Positions 25,923-37,123 of a DNA stretch of 64,000 nucleotides are shown here, one piece after another (position 1 is the stretch's first letter; each line of letters opens with the position of its first letter). The position numbers and the translations under genes were made by a program. Under the pieces are notes generated by a model that saw only the letters and a list, made by a program, of their open reading frames with translations, was not told where the DNA came from and ran no database searches. This stretch comes from an uncultured delta proteobacterium (GTDB lineage: Bacteria > Myxococcota > Myxococcia > Myxococcales > Anaeromyxobacteraceae): contig CAWHDZ010000040.1 of NCBI GenBank assembly GCA_963828255.1, forward strand, positions 160,001 to 224,000, in the 5' to 3' direction.

Positions 25923-26774
25923 TCAGGCGAAGACGATGGTCTTGTTGCCGTGGATGAGGATGCGGTCCTCGCAGTGCCAGCGCACGGCGCGGAAGAGGAC
26001 GCGCCTTTCCAGATCCCGCCCCAGGGCGCGCAGGTCCTCCACCGCGTCGCGGTGGCTCACCCGGGCCACGTCCTGGTCGATGATGGGACCGGCGTCGAGC
26101 TCGGCGGTGACGTAGTGGGCGGTGGCCCCCACGATCTTCACCCCCCGGTCGTAGGCCTGCCGGTACGGGTCGGCCCCGGCGAAGGCCGGCAGGAAGGAGT
26201 GGTGGATGTTGATGATCCGGCCCGGGAAGCGGGCCACGAAACCGGGAGAGAGCACCTGCATGTAGCGGGCGAGGACCACCAGGTCGGCGCTCCCCTCCAG
26301 CACCTCGAGCATGCGGGCCTCGGCCCCTTCCCGGGTCTCCCGGTCGTTCGGCACGTGCAGGAAGGGGACCCCGAACGGCTCCACGGCGGAGCGCAGGTCG
26401 GGGTGGTTGGAGAGGACGATCGGGATCTCGGCGCGCAGCTCCCCGCGCCTCCAGTTCCAGAGGAGATCGACGAGCGCGTGGTCGTGGCGCGAGACCAGCA
26501 CCGCCACCCTGCGCCGCTCGGCGTGGCTGGAGAGGCGCCACTCCATGGCCATGGGGCGCCCCACCTCCGCCCCGAAGAGCTCCCCGAGCCGGGGGAGCGG
26601 CACGTCGAGCCCCCCGGTCTGGAACTCGAGGCGCATGAAGTAGGTCCCGGGCGACTCCTCGGTGGAGTGCTGGTCGAGGTCCACCACGTTGGCGCCGTGG
26701 TGGAAGAGGAAGGTCGACACCGCCGCCACGATCCCCGGGCGGTCGGCGCAGCGGATGAGGAGGACGGCGTGCAT
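25923..26774 (-). CDS. purU: Formyltetrahydrofolate deformylase
   Basis: ACT domain CADRPGIVAAVS, LARYMQVLS, INIHHSFLPAF, GATAHYVT, GNKTIVF. Confidence 0.95.
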   Translation of the reverse strand: MHAVLLIRCADRPGIVAAVSTFLFHHGANVVDLDQHSTEESPGTYFMRLEFQTGGLDVPLPRLGELFGAEVGRPMAMEWRLSSHAERRRVAVLVSRHDHALVDLLWNWRRGELRAEIPIVLSNHPDLRSAVEPFGVPFLHVPNDRETREGAEARMLEVLEGSADLVVLARYMQVLSPGFVARFPGRIINIHHSFLPAFAGADPYRQAYDRGVKIVGATAHYVTAELDAGPIIDQDVARVSHRDAVEDLRALGRDLERRVLFRAVRWHCEDRILIHGNKTIVFA

Positions 26775-26844
26775 GGCGAACTGTGTACCCCGACGCGGTC
26801 CCGAAGGGGAACCTGGGTCTCCTGGGTCGGCTTGACACTCCTCA

Positions 26845-28578
26845 ATGGACGATTACCGGCGGCGGAGTAGGGTGGCTCGAGTGCGGGACGAGGAGTCGAG
26901 AGAGCAGGCGCCGGGCCAGGAGCCCGGGGGTCCGGACGCGCCGGCCTCCCGCGGCATGCCGCGCCCGCGCCACCCGCCCGATCGCGCGGCGCTCGACTCC
27001 ATCCCGTGGCGCGACCGGCTCTCCACGCAGCTGCTCGGCGTGGCGGCGGTGCTCGTGCTCTGCGCGGTGGCGGCCTTCCTGGTGGTGGAGATGGCCATCG
27101 GACGGCAGCGGCTCTCCGGCGTCGAGGCCTCCACCTCCCTGCTCAGCGAGACCATCTCGGCGTCGATCCGCCACTCCATGATGAAGGACGAGCGGGTCGA
27201 GGCCTACGCCATCATCGACAACATCGGGCGGCAGGGGCAGATCGACCACGTCCGCCTCTTCAACAAGGAAGGGCGAATCACCTTCTCCACGGTGCCGGGC
27301 GAGAGGGGCAAGCTCGTGGACAAGCGGGCCGAGGGCTGCCGCTCCTGCCACGAGGAGAACGAGAGCCTGACCGTGCCGGTGGACGCGCTCCGCTCGCGGA
27401 TCTACGAGGGGCGGCGCGGCCGCGTGCTCGCCATGATCACGCCCTTCCGCTCCGGTCCTGACTGCACCACCAGCGCCTGCCACGCCCACCCGCGCGAGCG
27501 GGCCGTGGTCGGGGTGCTCGACGTGGGGGTCTCGCTCGAGCCGGTGGACCGCGACCTCTCCGCATTCCGCCGCGTCAGCCTCCTCGTCACCGCGCTGCTG
27601 GCCCTCCTTCTCGGCGCGGTCTTCTGGTACGTCGCCAAGCACCGGGTGGTGCGGCCGGTGGAGGCGCTGGTCCAGGGCACGCGCCGCGTCGCCCAGGACG
27701 AGCTGGAGACCGAGATCCACGTGGACTCCCGTGGGGAGCTGGGGCTGCTCGCGGCCTCCTTCAACGAGATGCTCCGGTCCCTGCGGCGGGTGGAGGGCGA
27801 GCTCCAGTCGCTCAACGAGCAGCTCGAGGAGAAGGTGGTGGAGCGCACCGGCGAGCTGCGCGCCGCCCAGGACACCCTGGTGCGCACCGAGAAGCTCTCC
27901 TCCCTGGGGAAGCTCTCCGCCTCCATCGCCCACGAGATCAACAACCCGCTGGCCGGCATCCTCACCTTCGCCAAGCTCATGATCCGCACCATCGAGCACG
28001 GGCCGGTCGGGGAGGCGGAGCGGAAGACGCTGGTGAAGCAGCTGGCGCTGGTCCAGCGCGAGACCGAGCGCTGCTCGGCCATCGTCCGGAACCTGCTCGA
28101 CTTCGCACGCGAGAGGCCGCTGCAGCTGAAGGACGTGGACGTGAACCAGGTCGTGGAGGAGGTCTTCTCCCTGGTGTCGAACCAGACGGCCATCCTGGGG
28201 GTCGAGGTCACCAAGGACCTGGCCCGGGTCCCCATGGTGGAGGCCGACTTCGGGCAGCTCCGGCAGGCCTTCATCAACATCGTGATCAACGGCATCGAGG
28301 CCATGGGGAAGGGAGGGACCCTTCGCGTGACCACCCGGCCCCGCCCCGAGGAGAACGGCCTCGAGATCGTCTTCCAGGACGACGGGCCGGGCATCCCCCC
28401 CGAGCTCATGCAGAAGATCTTCGACCCGTTCTTCACCACCAAGGAGAAGGGCACCGGGCTGGGGCTCTCGGTGGTCTACGGGATCGTCGAGCGGCACAAG
28501 GGGCGCGTGACGGTGGACAGCGAGCCTGGCAAGGGTACGCGTTTCACCATCCGGCTGCCCGCCTCGCGCGGGACGTGA
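26845..28578 (+). CDS. Sensor histidine kinase with periplasmic heme-c motifs, HAMP, HisKA, HATPase
   Basis: CRSCH and CTTSACH between two TMs; HEINNPL, NIVINGIEA, DDGPG, DPFFTTK, GTGLGL. Exact start uncertain. Confidence 0.92.
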   Translation: MDDYRRRSRVARVRDEESREQAPGQEPGGPDAPASRGMPRPRHPPDRAALDSIPWRDRLSTQLLGVAAVLVLCAVAAFLVVEMAIGRQRLSGVEASTSLLSETISASIRHSMMKDERVEAYAIIDNIGRQGQIDHVRLFNKEGRITFSTVPGERGKLVDKRAEGCRSCHEENESLTVPVDALRSRIYEGRRGRVLAMITPFRSGPDCTTSACHAHPRERAVVGVLDVGVSLEPVDRDLSAFRRVSLLVTALLALLLGAVFWYVAKHRVVRPVEALVQGTRRVAQDELETEIHVDSRGELGLLAASFNEMLRSLRRVEGELQSLNEQLEEKVVERTGELRAAQDTLVRTEKLSSLGKLSASIAHEINNPLAGILTFAKLMIRTIEHGPVGEAERKTLVKQLALVQRETERCSAIVRNLLDFARERPLQLKDVDVNQVVEEVFSLVSNQTAILGVEVTKDLARVPMVEADFGQLRQAFINIVINGIEAMGKGGTLRVTTRPRPEENGLEIVFQDDGPGIPPELMQKIFDPFFTTKEKGTGLGLSVVYGIVERHKGRVTVDSEPGKGTRFTIRLPASRGT

Positions 28579-28579
28579 C

Positions 28580-29109
28580 GTGGAGGCCATACACCTGTGG
28601 TGGATCGGAGAGAAGGACCCCGGAGCCCGGACGCTCGAGCACCTGCGGCTCCACACGGCGCGGGCCCTGGGCGCACCGGTGCGCATCTGGGAGGACGCGG
28701 CGCGCCCTCCCGACGCCTACGACGAGAAGCGCAAGCAGTGGTCCACCTCCCGCATCCTGGCCTGGATGGGCCGGATCGGGCCGCCCGGGAAGGTGCTCGC
28801 CGTGACCGACCAGGACCTCTTCATCCCCATCCTGACCTTCGTCTTCGGCGAGGCCCAGCTGGATGGCCGGTCGGCGGTGGTCTCCACGGCGCGCCTGGGG
28901 GAGCCGGGGCTGCCCGACCCGCGCGTGGCCCTGGAGCGGCTGGCCAAGGAGGGCGTCCACGAGCTCGGCCACTGCTTCGGCCTGGTCCACTGCGACAGCC
29001 CCGGGTGCGTGATGGGACGTTCGCCGAGTGCGCGCGACGTGGACCGGAAGCGCGGTGAGTTCTGCTCGAAGTGCCGTGACCGCCTGAGGCGGGCCGGGGG
29101 GGAGGCGAG

Positions 29110-29113
<4 letters not shown>
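28580..29113 (+). CDS. Archaemetzincin (peptidase M54) Zn metalloprotease
   Basis: TDQDLFIPILTFVFGEAQL, HELGHCFGLVHC, CVM, FCSKC. Confidence 0.9.
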
Positions 29114-30495
<1,382 letters not shown>

Positions 30496-30725
30496 TTCCG
30501 TCCCGGACGGGTGCCGAGAATCTTGACGGCTGGTGACTTTCTCGACGATGCGCCGTGGTCCGCGCAAACCCGCAGGATTCCGCCACGTTGCGCAGGTGTC
30601 GGCGAACCCGCCCCGTTGAGGAAATCACCGCTGCGTCCCGGGCCGTCCCGGCGTCCCTGCCGGGATCCCGGTACAACTCCCGGTGAATCCTGGGTGTTTC
30701 ACCAAAAGTCCTGACAGGCCCACCC

Positions 30726-30741
30726 TGGCCCACCCCTTGAA
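30726..30741 (+). promoter_or_regulatory. Sigma54 -24/-12 promoter candidate for the Fe-S/NrfD operon
   Basis: TGGCCC-ACCCC-TTGA (GA rather than GC at -12), about 30 nt upstream of the 30770 ATG. Confidence 0.55.
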
Positions 30742-30769
30742 AGAGGGACGGACAGAGGATGCGAACGTC

Positions 30770-30994
30770 ATGACCTGCCCCTACCTGACCGAAGTGACGA
30801 TGGTCTTCTGCCAGGCCTCACCCCAGAAGAAGCTCATCCCGAGCGATCGCATCAGCACCGCCTCGGCCTGCGAGGGGGATGGGTTCAGCGCCTGCACCCT
30901 CTACCGCGAGGCCCTGGCCCGCGCTCTCCACACGATCGAGGAGCTCGAGACCGAGCTCCATGACGCCAACGCGAAGAAAGGGTCGCAACCATGA
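30770..30994 (+). CDS. Small Cys-rich protein (74 aa, MTCPYL...C...C...C)
   Basis: GAGG RBS, ATGA overlap with the next gene, four Cys. Confidence 0.7.
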   Translation: MTCPYLTEVTMVFCQASPQKKLIPSDRISTASACEGDGFSACTLYREALARALHTIEELETELHDANAKKGSQP

Positions 30995-31896
30995 AGCTCG
31001 GAAGACGGACGTTCCTGAAGGTCGCCGGAGCCAGCGGCACGGCGGCCCTCGTCTCCCTCCCGTCGCCTTCCCAGGCCAGGGGCCGCGTACCGGTCGCCGG
31101 CGAGGAGGAGCGCTCGGTCCTCGTGGACACCACGCTGTGCGTCGGCTGCCGGGGCTGCGAGGCCGCCTGCGCCGAGGCCAACAAGCTCCCCGACCCGCCC
31201 TCCGACGAGAAGGCCTTCGCGGCGCCGCGGACCACCGGTCCGGACAGCTTCACGGTGGTCAACCGGGCCGAGAAGGCGAACGGCGCTCCGAGGTTCGTGA
31301 AGCGCCAGTGCATGCACTGCGTGGAGCCGGCCTGCGCGTCGGCCTGCCCGGTGCGGGCGCTCGACAAGCTGCCCACCGGCCCGGTGGCCTACGACGGCAG
31401 CAAGTGCATGGGGTGCCGCTACTGCATGGTGGCCTGCCCGTTCGGCGTCCCGAAGTACGAGTACGCCAAGGCCCTCCCGGTGGTCCGCAAGTGCACCTTC
31501 TGTGCGGGGCGCCAGGCCGAAGGGAAGGAGCCGGCCTGCATCGGCGTCTGCCCGAGCGGCGCGCTCACCTACGGGACGCGCGGCAAGCTCGTCGAGGAGG
31601 CCCGGCGCCGCGTGTTCGGGAACCCCGAGAAGTACACCCAGCACATCTACGGCGAGCACGAGGCCGGCGGGACCAACTGGATGTACATCACCGACCTCTC
31701 CTTCGAGAAGCTCGGGTTCGAGGTGGCGGTCAACGACAACTCGTACCCCAAGCTGGTGAAGGGGGCGCTGGGGGTTCCGCCGGTGGTCATGACCCTCTGG
31801 CCGCCGCTCCTGATGGGGCTCTGGGCATTCTCGCACCGCAACGGCAAGGACAACGGCAAGGACAACGGCAAGGACAACGGAGGAAACCATGGATAG
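30991..31896 (+). CDS. Tat-exported 4Fe-4S protein (HybA/HmcB/CbcT-like)
   Basis: RRTFLK twin-arginine signal; CVGCRGCEAAC, CMHCVEPACASACP, CMGCRYCMVACP, KCTFC...PACIGVCP; C-terminal TM. Confidence 0.92.
   Translation: MKLGRRTFLKVAGASGTAALVSLPSPSQARGRVPVAGEEERSVLVDTTLCVGCRGCEAACAEANKLPDPPSDEKAFAAPRTTGPDSFTVVNRAEKANGAPRFVKRQCMHCVEPACASACPVRALDKLPTGPVAYDGSKCMGCRYCMVACPFGVPKYEYAKALPVVRKCTFCAGRQAEGKEPACIGVCPSGALTYGTRGKLVEEARRRVFGNPEKYTQHIYGEHEAGGTNWMYITDLSFEKLGFEVAVNDNSYPKLVKGALGVPPVVMTLWPPLLMGLWAFSHRNGKDNGKDNGKDNGGNHG
31839..31880 (+). repeat. 12-bp tandem repeat (CAACGGCAAGGA x3.5) encoding NGKD
   Basis: Read directly at the 3' end of the Fe-S gene. Confidence 0.85.
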
Positions 31897-33112
31897 CCTC
31901 GCCACCGTCCCGGGCCGCAACGGCTCCTGGGTGCAGGACCGCATCCTCCTCGGCATGACCTACCGGGAGTACCTCCGGTCCCTCTGGACCCCCTTCAACG
32001 TGGTCAGCGCGGTCATCCTGGCCGTGGGCCTGCCGGTGCTGGTCTACCGCTTCGCGGCCGGGCTGGGCGCCACCACCAACCTGTCGCAGACCCAGCCCTG
32101 GGGGCTGTGGATCGGCTTCGACATGATGACCGGCATCGCGCTGGCCGCGGGGGGGTTCACCATCGGTGCAACGGTGGAGATCTTCGGCCTGAAGGAGTAC
32201 CACCCCATCGAGCGGCCCGCCATCCTCACCGGCTTCCTCGGCTACATGCTGGCGGTCATCGGGCTCATCGCCGACCTGGGCAAGCCCTGGAACATGATCG
32301 GGATCTTCTCCAACAACGGCACCCAGTCGGTCCTCTTCGAGGTCGCCTGGTGCGTGGCCCTCTACTCCACCGTCCTCTTCCTCGAGTTCTCCGTCCCCCT
32401 CTTCGAGTGGCTGGGCTGGGAGCGCTTCCACCGTCCGCTCAAGAAGGCGCTGCTCGGGCTCACCGTGCTCTCGGTGATGTTCTCGACCATGCACCAGTCG
32501 GCCCTGGGATCCCTCTTCATCATCGCCCCCGGCAAGCTCCACCCGCTCTGGTACTCCAGCCAGCTGTTCCTCTTCTTCTTCGTCAGCGCGGTCATCGCCG
32601 GCATCTGCATGGTCATCGTGGAGAGCACGCTCTCCCACCGGATCTTCTCGAACCAGTTCGAGGGGCAGCACGTCGACGTCGACAAGCTGACGCTCGGGCT
32701 CGCCAAGGCCGGGGCCGTGGTGATGTTCGCCTACTTCTTCCTCAAGCTGCAGGGGGTCATCGACAACCACGCCCTCGGCCTCATCGGGGTGGGCTTCTAC
32801 GGAAAGTGGTGGCTCCTGGAGGTGCTCGGGTTCGTCCTCCTGCCCTCGCTCATGTTCGCCTGGGGCGCCCGCAACCGGCACGTGAGGGTGGTTCGCGTGG
32901 CCGCCATCCTCGGGGTGGTGGGGATCGTCGTCAACCGGCTCAACGTCTCGCTGGTGGCCTACAACTACAACCAGCCCGTTCGCTACTGGCCGAGCTGGAT
33001 GGAGATCGCCGTGTCGCTCGCGCTGGTGGTCGCCGGCATCCTGGCCTTCCGATGGATCGTCAACCGCATGCCCGTGCTGCGCCCCATGAAGGGCCACGCC
33101 GGGGAGCACTGA
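31889..33112 (+). CDS. NrfD/HybB/HmcC-family quinol-interacting membrane subunit
   Basis: PWGLWIGFD, GIALAAGGF, DLGKPW, SVLFEVAWC, STMHQSALGSL, KLHPLWYS. Confidence 0.92.
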   Translation: MDSLATVPGRNGSWVQDRILLGMTYREYLRSLWTPFNVVSAVILAVGLPVLVYRFAAGLGATTNLSQTQPWGLWIGFDMMTGIALAAGGFTIGATVEIFGLKEYHPIERPAILTGFLGYMLAVIGLIADLGKPWNMIGIFSNNGTQSVLFEVAWCVALYSTVLFLEFSVPLFEWLGWERFHRPLKKALLGLTVLSVMFSTMHQSALGSLFIIAPGKLHPLWYSSQLFLFFFVSAVIAGICMVIVESTLSHRIFSNQFEGQHVDVDKLTLGLAKAGAVVMFAYFFLKLQGVIDNHALGLIGVGFYGKWWLLEVLGFVLLPSLMFAWGARNRHVRVVRVAAILGVVGIVVNRLNVSLVAYNYNQPVRYWPSWMEIAVSLALVVAGILAFRWIVNRMPVLRPMKGHAGEH

Positions 33113-33122
33113 GGAGCCCGCC

Positions 33123-33467
33123 ATGAACCGGACCGTGAGGAACCTCCGCCGCGCCTTCGTCCTCGCCGCAGCCCTGCTGGCCACCGCCGCCGTGGCCGGA
33201 GGGCTCGACAGGCTGCCTCCCGACCATGTCTTCACTCCGGGTGATGGAAGCCCGGGGAAGGTGACCTTCAGCCACCAGAACCACCTGGACCCGGCCAGGC
33301 CGGGCTGCACGAACTGCCACCCGAGGCTCTTCAAGATGCTGGAGACGGGCGCCACCGCCGACGGCTCTCCCATCCGGCACGCCGTCATGGAGAAGGGCGG
33401 CCAGTGCGGCGCCTGCCACGGAAAGGGAGCCTTCGGGTTCGACTCCTGCGACAGCTGCCACCGCTGA
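33123..33467 (+). CDS. Triheme c7-like periplasmic cytochrome c
   Basis: Signal peptide; GKVTFSH..H; CTNCH, CGACH, CDSCH. Confidence 0.9.
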   Translation: MNRTVRNLRRAFVLAAALLATAAVAGGLDRLPPDHVFTPGDGSPGKVTFSHQNHLDPARPGCTNCHPRLFKMLETGATADGSPIRHAVMEKGGQCGACHGKGAFGFDSCDSCHR

Positions 33468-33723
33468 TCGCGCAGATCGGGGCGAAACCGTTGCGCGCGC
33501 ACGCGGCCCGAAGGGGCCGTTGCGCGCGCATCCTGCGTAGTGGGGCAGGTCCCCTAAATGGTGCGCAGACGTCCATGAAGAAAGTAAAATTTCCCCCGGA
33601 AATACATGGATCTTAACCATGGTAGGGGTGGCGCGTCCCTTATCGATCTGCTAAACGCGTCGGGTCGAATTCGAGGACCCGCAGTCAACACGGGCGGGCC
33701 TCCCAACTGGACCAGGGGCGATC

Positions 33724-34767
33724 ATGACGAAGAGGCTCTTGCTGGCGCTGGCGGTGGCGGTGCTCGCCCCGGTGGCGCGCGCCGACATACCCGCCGAGCA
33801 GGACGGTTGCCTGGGGTGCCACGGCAGCGACCCGTCCATGTCCATGGATCTCCCCAGCGGCGAGAAGCTCCCCCTCCACGTGGACCAGGCCTCCTTCGCG
33901 AAGTCGGTCCACGGCGACATGCTCCGCTGCACCGACTGCCACACCGACAAGGGCGACTACCCCCACGAGTCGAAGCCCTTCAAGACCCGGCGCGACGTGA
34001 CGGTGGCCCACTACGAGCAGTGCAAGAAGTGCCACTTCTCGAACTACACCAAGACCCTGGACGGGGTGCACTTCCAGCTGGCCGAGAAGGGCAACCGCCA
34101 GGCCGCACTCTGCGTGGATTGCCACGGTTCCCACGCCATCGGCCGGCCGGGCGAGCCGCGCACCCGCGTCTCCTCGACCTGCTCGACCTGCCACAAGAAG
34201 GTCTTCGAGATCTACGGCGGCAGCGTCCACGGGAAGGCCGTCACCCAGGGGAACGGCGACGTGCCGGTCTGCACGGACTGCCACCGCGCCCACGACGTGG
34301 CCGATCCGCGCGCCGGGGCCCTCTCGCTCCGCACCGCCGAGATCTGCGGCCGCTGCCACACCGACCCCAAGCTGATGAAGCGCTACGGCCTCTCCACCAA
34401 CGTGGTGGAGACCTACCTGGCCGACTTCCACGGGATGGCGGCGTCCCTGCAGAAGGGCAAGAAGGACAAGGGCGATCGGCTGGCGGCGGGATGCACCGAC
34501 TGCCACGGCGTGCACGACATCCAGCCCGCCGACGACCCCAGGTCGTCGGTGATGCAGGGCAACCTGGTCAAGACCTGCGGCAAGTGCCACGAGGGCGCCA
34601 CCGCCGACTTCCCGAAGGCCTGGATGTCCCACTACGAGCCCAGCCTGAAGAAGTCCCCGCTGGTCTGGAGCGTCCAGGTCTTCTACTACGTGCTCATCCC
34701 GTTCATCCTCATCAGCCTGGTGCTCCAGATCGCGCTTCACCTCTGGCGCGTGGTGGTGAACCGGTGA
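33724..34767 (+). CDS. Nonaheme cytochrome c with C-terminal TM anchor (CbcL N-domain-like)
   Basis: Signal peptide; nine CXXCH (CLGCH, CTDCH, CKKCH, CVDCH, CSTCH, CTDCH, CGRCH, CTDCH, CGKCH). Confidence 0.92.
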   Translation: MTKRLLLALAVAVLAPVARADIPAEQDGCLGCHGSDPSMSMDLPSGEKLPLHVDQASFAKSVHGDMLRCTDCHTDKGDYPHESKPFKTRRDVTVAHYEQCKKCHFSNYTKTLDGVHFQLAEKGNRQAALCVDCHGSHAIGRPGEPRTRVSSTCSTCHKKVFEIYGGSVHGKAVTQGNGDVPVCTDCHRAHDVADPRAGALSLRTAEICGRCHTDPKLMKRYGLSTNVVETYLADFHGMAASLQKGKKDKGDRLAAGCTDCHGVHDIQPADDPRSSVMQGNLVKTCGKCHEGATADFPKAWMSHYEPSLKKSPLVWSVQVFYYVLIPFILISLVLQIALHLWRVVVNR

Positions 34768-34814
34768 ACGGCGATACGGCGGGGGTCGGTGATTCCGGAG
34801 CGAGGAGCGACACG

Positions 34815-35531
34815 ATGAGCGAGGCGGCTGTTCGGTCCGAGGCGGGCTTCCTGGTCCGGTTCTCGGCGGCGCAACGGGTGGAGCACTTCGTCACCATGGT
34901 CGACTTCGTCGGCCTGGTGGCGACGGGCCTGCCGCAGAAGTTCTACACCACCGGGTGGGCCCAGTGGATGATCGGGGCCATGGGCGGGATCGACAGCGTG
35001 CGCTGGATCCATCGCTTCTTCGGGATCGTGCTCATCGTGGCCGTGCTCTGGCACGCCGCGGGCGCGCTCAGGGCCATCCTCTCCCGGCGGGTGGGCTTCA
35101 GCATGGCGGTGAACAAGCGCGACTTCAGCGACGCGGTGAAGACGCTCCGCTACTACCTGGGGCTCGAGGACCACCCGGCCGCCTTCGATCGCTACGACTA
35201 CAAGCAGAAGTGGGAGTACTGGAGCCTCATGATCGGCAACGTGATCATGATCCTCTCCGGGCTCACGCTCATGTACCCGGCGGTGGTGGCCCGGATCGGC
35301 CCCGGCGAGATCATCCCGGCCGCCAAGGTGGCGCACTCGAACGAGGGGCTCATGGCCTTCCTCGTCATCACCATCTGGCACATCTTCAACGCCCACCTGC
35401 ACCCCGACGTCTTCCCCTTCGACGCCTCCATCTTCACCGGGAAGATCAGCCGGGAGCGCATGGAGCACGAGCATCCGCTGGAGCTGGCCCGGGTCGAGGG
35501 CCGCGAGCCGGGTGGCCACGGCCACGGGTGA
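34815..35531 (+). CDS. FdnI/HydC-type cytochrome b subunit
   Basis: RFSAAQRVEH, TGLPQKF, RWIHR, RYDYKQKWEYW, AHSNEG, IWHIFNAH; AGGAG RBS before ATG 34815 (alternative GTG at 34764). Confidence 0.88.
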   Translation: MSEAAVRSEAGFLVRFSAAQRVEHFVTMVDFVGLVATGLPQKFYTTGWAQWMIGAMGGIDSVRWIHRFFGIVLIVAVLWHAAGALRAILSRRVGFSMAVNKRDFSDAVKTLRYYLGLEDHPAAFDRYDYKQKWEYWSLMIGNVIMILSGLTLMYPAVVARIGPGEIIPAAKVAHSNEGLMAFLVITIWHIFNAHLHPDVFPFDASIFTGKISRERMEHEHPLELARVEGREPGGHGHG

Positions 35532-35558
35532 CCGGGGCGGTTCGCCCGGGGGCCTGAA

Positions 35559-36551
35559 ATGAGCGGCCAGAGGTGGATCGACTTCGCCGGACAGGCGATC
35601 TTCCACACCCTGGTCGCCGCGCTGGTGGTGGAGGCGCTGGTCCGCCTCTGGGGGGTGCGCCAGCCCGAGCAGCGGACCGGGTTCCGGCTGCTGGCCCTGG
35701 GATGGCCGCTGCTCGTGGTCCCGGCGCTCTTCCTGGCCTTCCCGGGCCGGGAGGAGGAGAGCTTCCGCGACGCCCGCGCCATCTTCGCCGGCCGGCACTG
35801 GGACGACCTGGCCTTCCTGGGGACCGGGCTCTACGGATGGTGGATCGGCATCATGTCCGCCGCCGGCCTTGGCCTCTTCCTTCTCGACCTGGTCCCCTGG
35901 CTGCGGGCCAGGAACGTGCGGCCCCCGCCCTGGATCCCCGGGGCGCCGGGGTCCCTCCCGGCCGAGGAAGCGCTCTCGCGGGCCGCGGCCTCACTCGGCA
36001 TCGAGCCCCCGGGACTGGCCTGGGTCGAGGGCGGTCCGCCGGTGCTCTTCTGCACCGGAACGCGCCGTCCCCGGGTGGTCATCTCCAGCTCCGCCGTCGA
36101 GCTGCTCGACCGGGACGAGCTGGCCGCCGCCCTGGCCCACGAGCTGGCCCACCTCGAGCGGCGCGACCCCACGCTGTCCTGGGCCCTCATGGTGGCGCGC
36201 GCCCTCATGTGGTTCAACCCCGGCGTCCAGGTGCTGGTGCGCGCCATCGCCCGCGACGCCGAGCGCATCGCCGACGAGCGGGCCGGCCAGGCCTGTGGGG
36301 ACCGGCTGGCGCTGGCCAGCGGCCTTCTCAAGCTCTACCGCGCCACCGAGGGGCGAGGCCGGGGAACCGGGGCGGGGAGCCAGCCGCTCTCGGCCGCGCT
36401 CGCGGAGCCCATCGCCCGGGCGCGCGCCCACGACATCGAGCTGCGCTGCCGCGCGCTGCTCGGCCCGCCTCCGGCGCCGGTGCCGCTGGCGCGGATGCGG
36501 CTCGCAGCGGCCGCGGCCGGGCTCGGTCTCCTGCTCTTCTTCGTGGTATGA
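35559..36551 (+). CDS. M56/BlaR1-like membrane Zn metallopeptidase
   Basis: TM segments; ALAHELAHLERRD, WFNP, ERIAD. Confidence 0.85.
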   Translation: MSGQRWIDFAGQAIFHTLVAALVVEALVRLWGVRQPEQRTGFRLLALGWPLLVVPALFLAFPGREEESFRDARAIFAGRHWDDLAFLGTGLYGWWIGIMSAAGLGLFLLDLVPWLRARNVRPPPWIPGAPGSLPAEEALSRAAASLGIEPPGLAWVEGGPPVLFCTGTRRPRVVISSSAVELLDRDELAAALAHELAHLERRDPTLSWALMVARALMWFNPGVQVLVRAIARDAERIADERAGQACGDRLALASGLLKLYRATEGRGRGTGAGSQPLSAALAEPIARARAHDIELRCRALLGPPPAPVPLARMRLAAAAAGLGLLLFFVV

Positions 36552-37123
36552 CCGCCGCCACGGTGGCAGGGGCGACGGGAAGCACGGTGAGCGAGGGCGC
36601 ACGCGCCCTCTTGACCCTGGCCCTCGTGCTGGGGGGAACGACCGTGGCGCTCGTGACGCTGGACGCGATGCCCACCTGGCTGCACGGCCAGCCGCGCGGT
36701 GTCCGGCGGGCAGCCACCGTCGAGGACGCCGAGCGGCGCATCCAGTCGCGCGTCCTCCTGCCGTCCTACTTCCCCGACACCCTGCGCTGGCCTCCCTCCG
36801 AGGTGCGCTTCACGCGTGACGGGGGCGGCTCCGTGGCGCTCACCTTCCAGGGCACGGACGGGGCTCCTGACATGGTCCTCGCCCAGACGGTGGCGGGGGA
36901 CGGACCGATCCCGGACGGGCTGCACGGACGCCTGGCGGTGATCCAGCAGCAGAGCGCTCCCCTCGGCGACGATGCGGTCCTGTCCCGGGTGGTGGCCGAG
37001 GACGGGACGCTCTGGAGCCAGATGGAGTGGACCCGCGGGGGGCGGCGCTTCCTCCTCCGCGGCCGTGGCTCGCTGGAGAACCTGATCCGGATGGCCCGCA
37101 GCATCCACGGGGAGCGCCGGTGA
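36548..37123 (+). CDS. Hypothetical membrane-anchored protein
   Basis: ATGA and GTGA overlaps with both neighbours; one TM; LPSYFPDTLRWPP. Confidence 0.7.
   Translation: MTAATVAGATGSTVSEGARALLTLALVLGGTTVALVTLDAMPTWLHGQPRGVRRAATVEDAERRIQSRVLLPSYFPDTLRWPPSEVRFTRDGGGSVALTFQGTDGAPDMVLAQTVAGDGPIPDGLHGRLAVIQQQSAPLGDDAVLSRVVAEDGTLWSQMEWTRGGRRFLLRGRGSLENLIRMARSIHGERR

Noticed and set aside
30991..33112. Calling this a hydrogenase-2 (hybAB) operon
   Set aside because: No NiFe large or small subunit or maturation genes are adjacent; the partners are cytochromes.
33540..33720. Riboswitch or ncRNA in the AT-richer gap before the nonaheme cytochrome
   Set aside because: No recognisable aptamer or terminator; more simply a promoter region with regulator sites that I cannot define.
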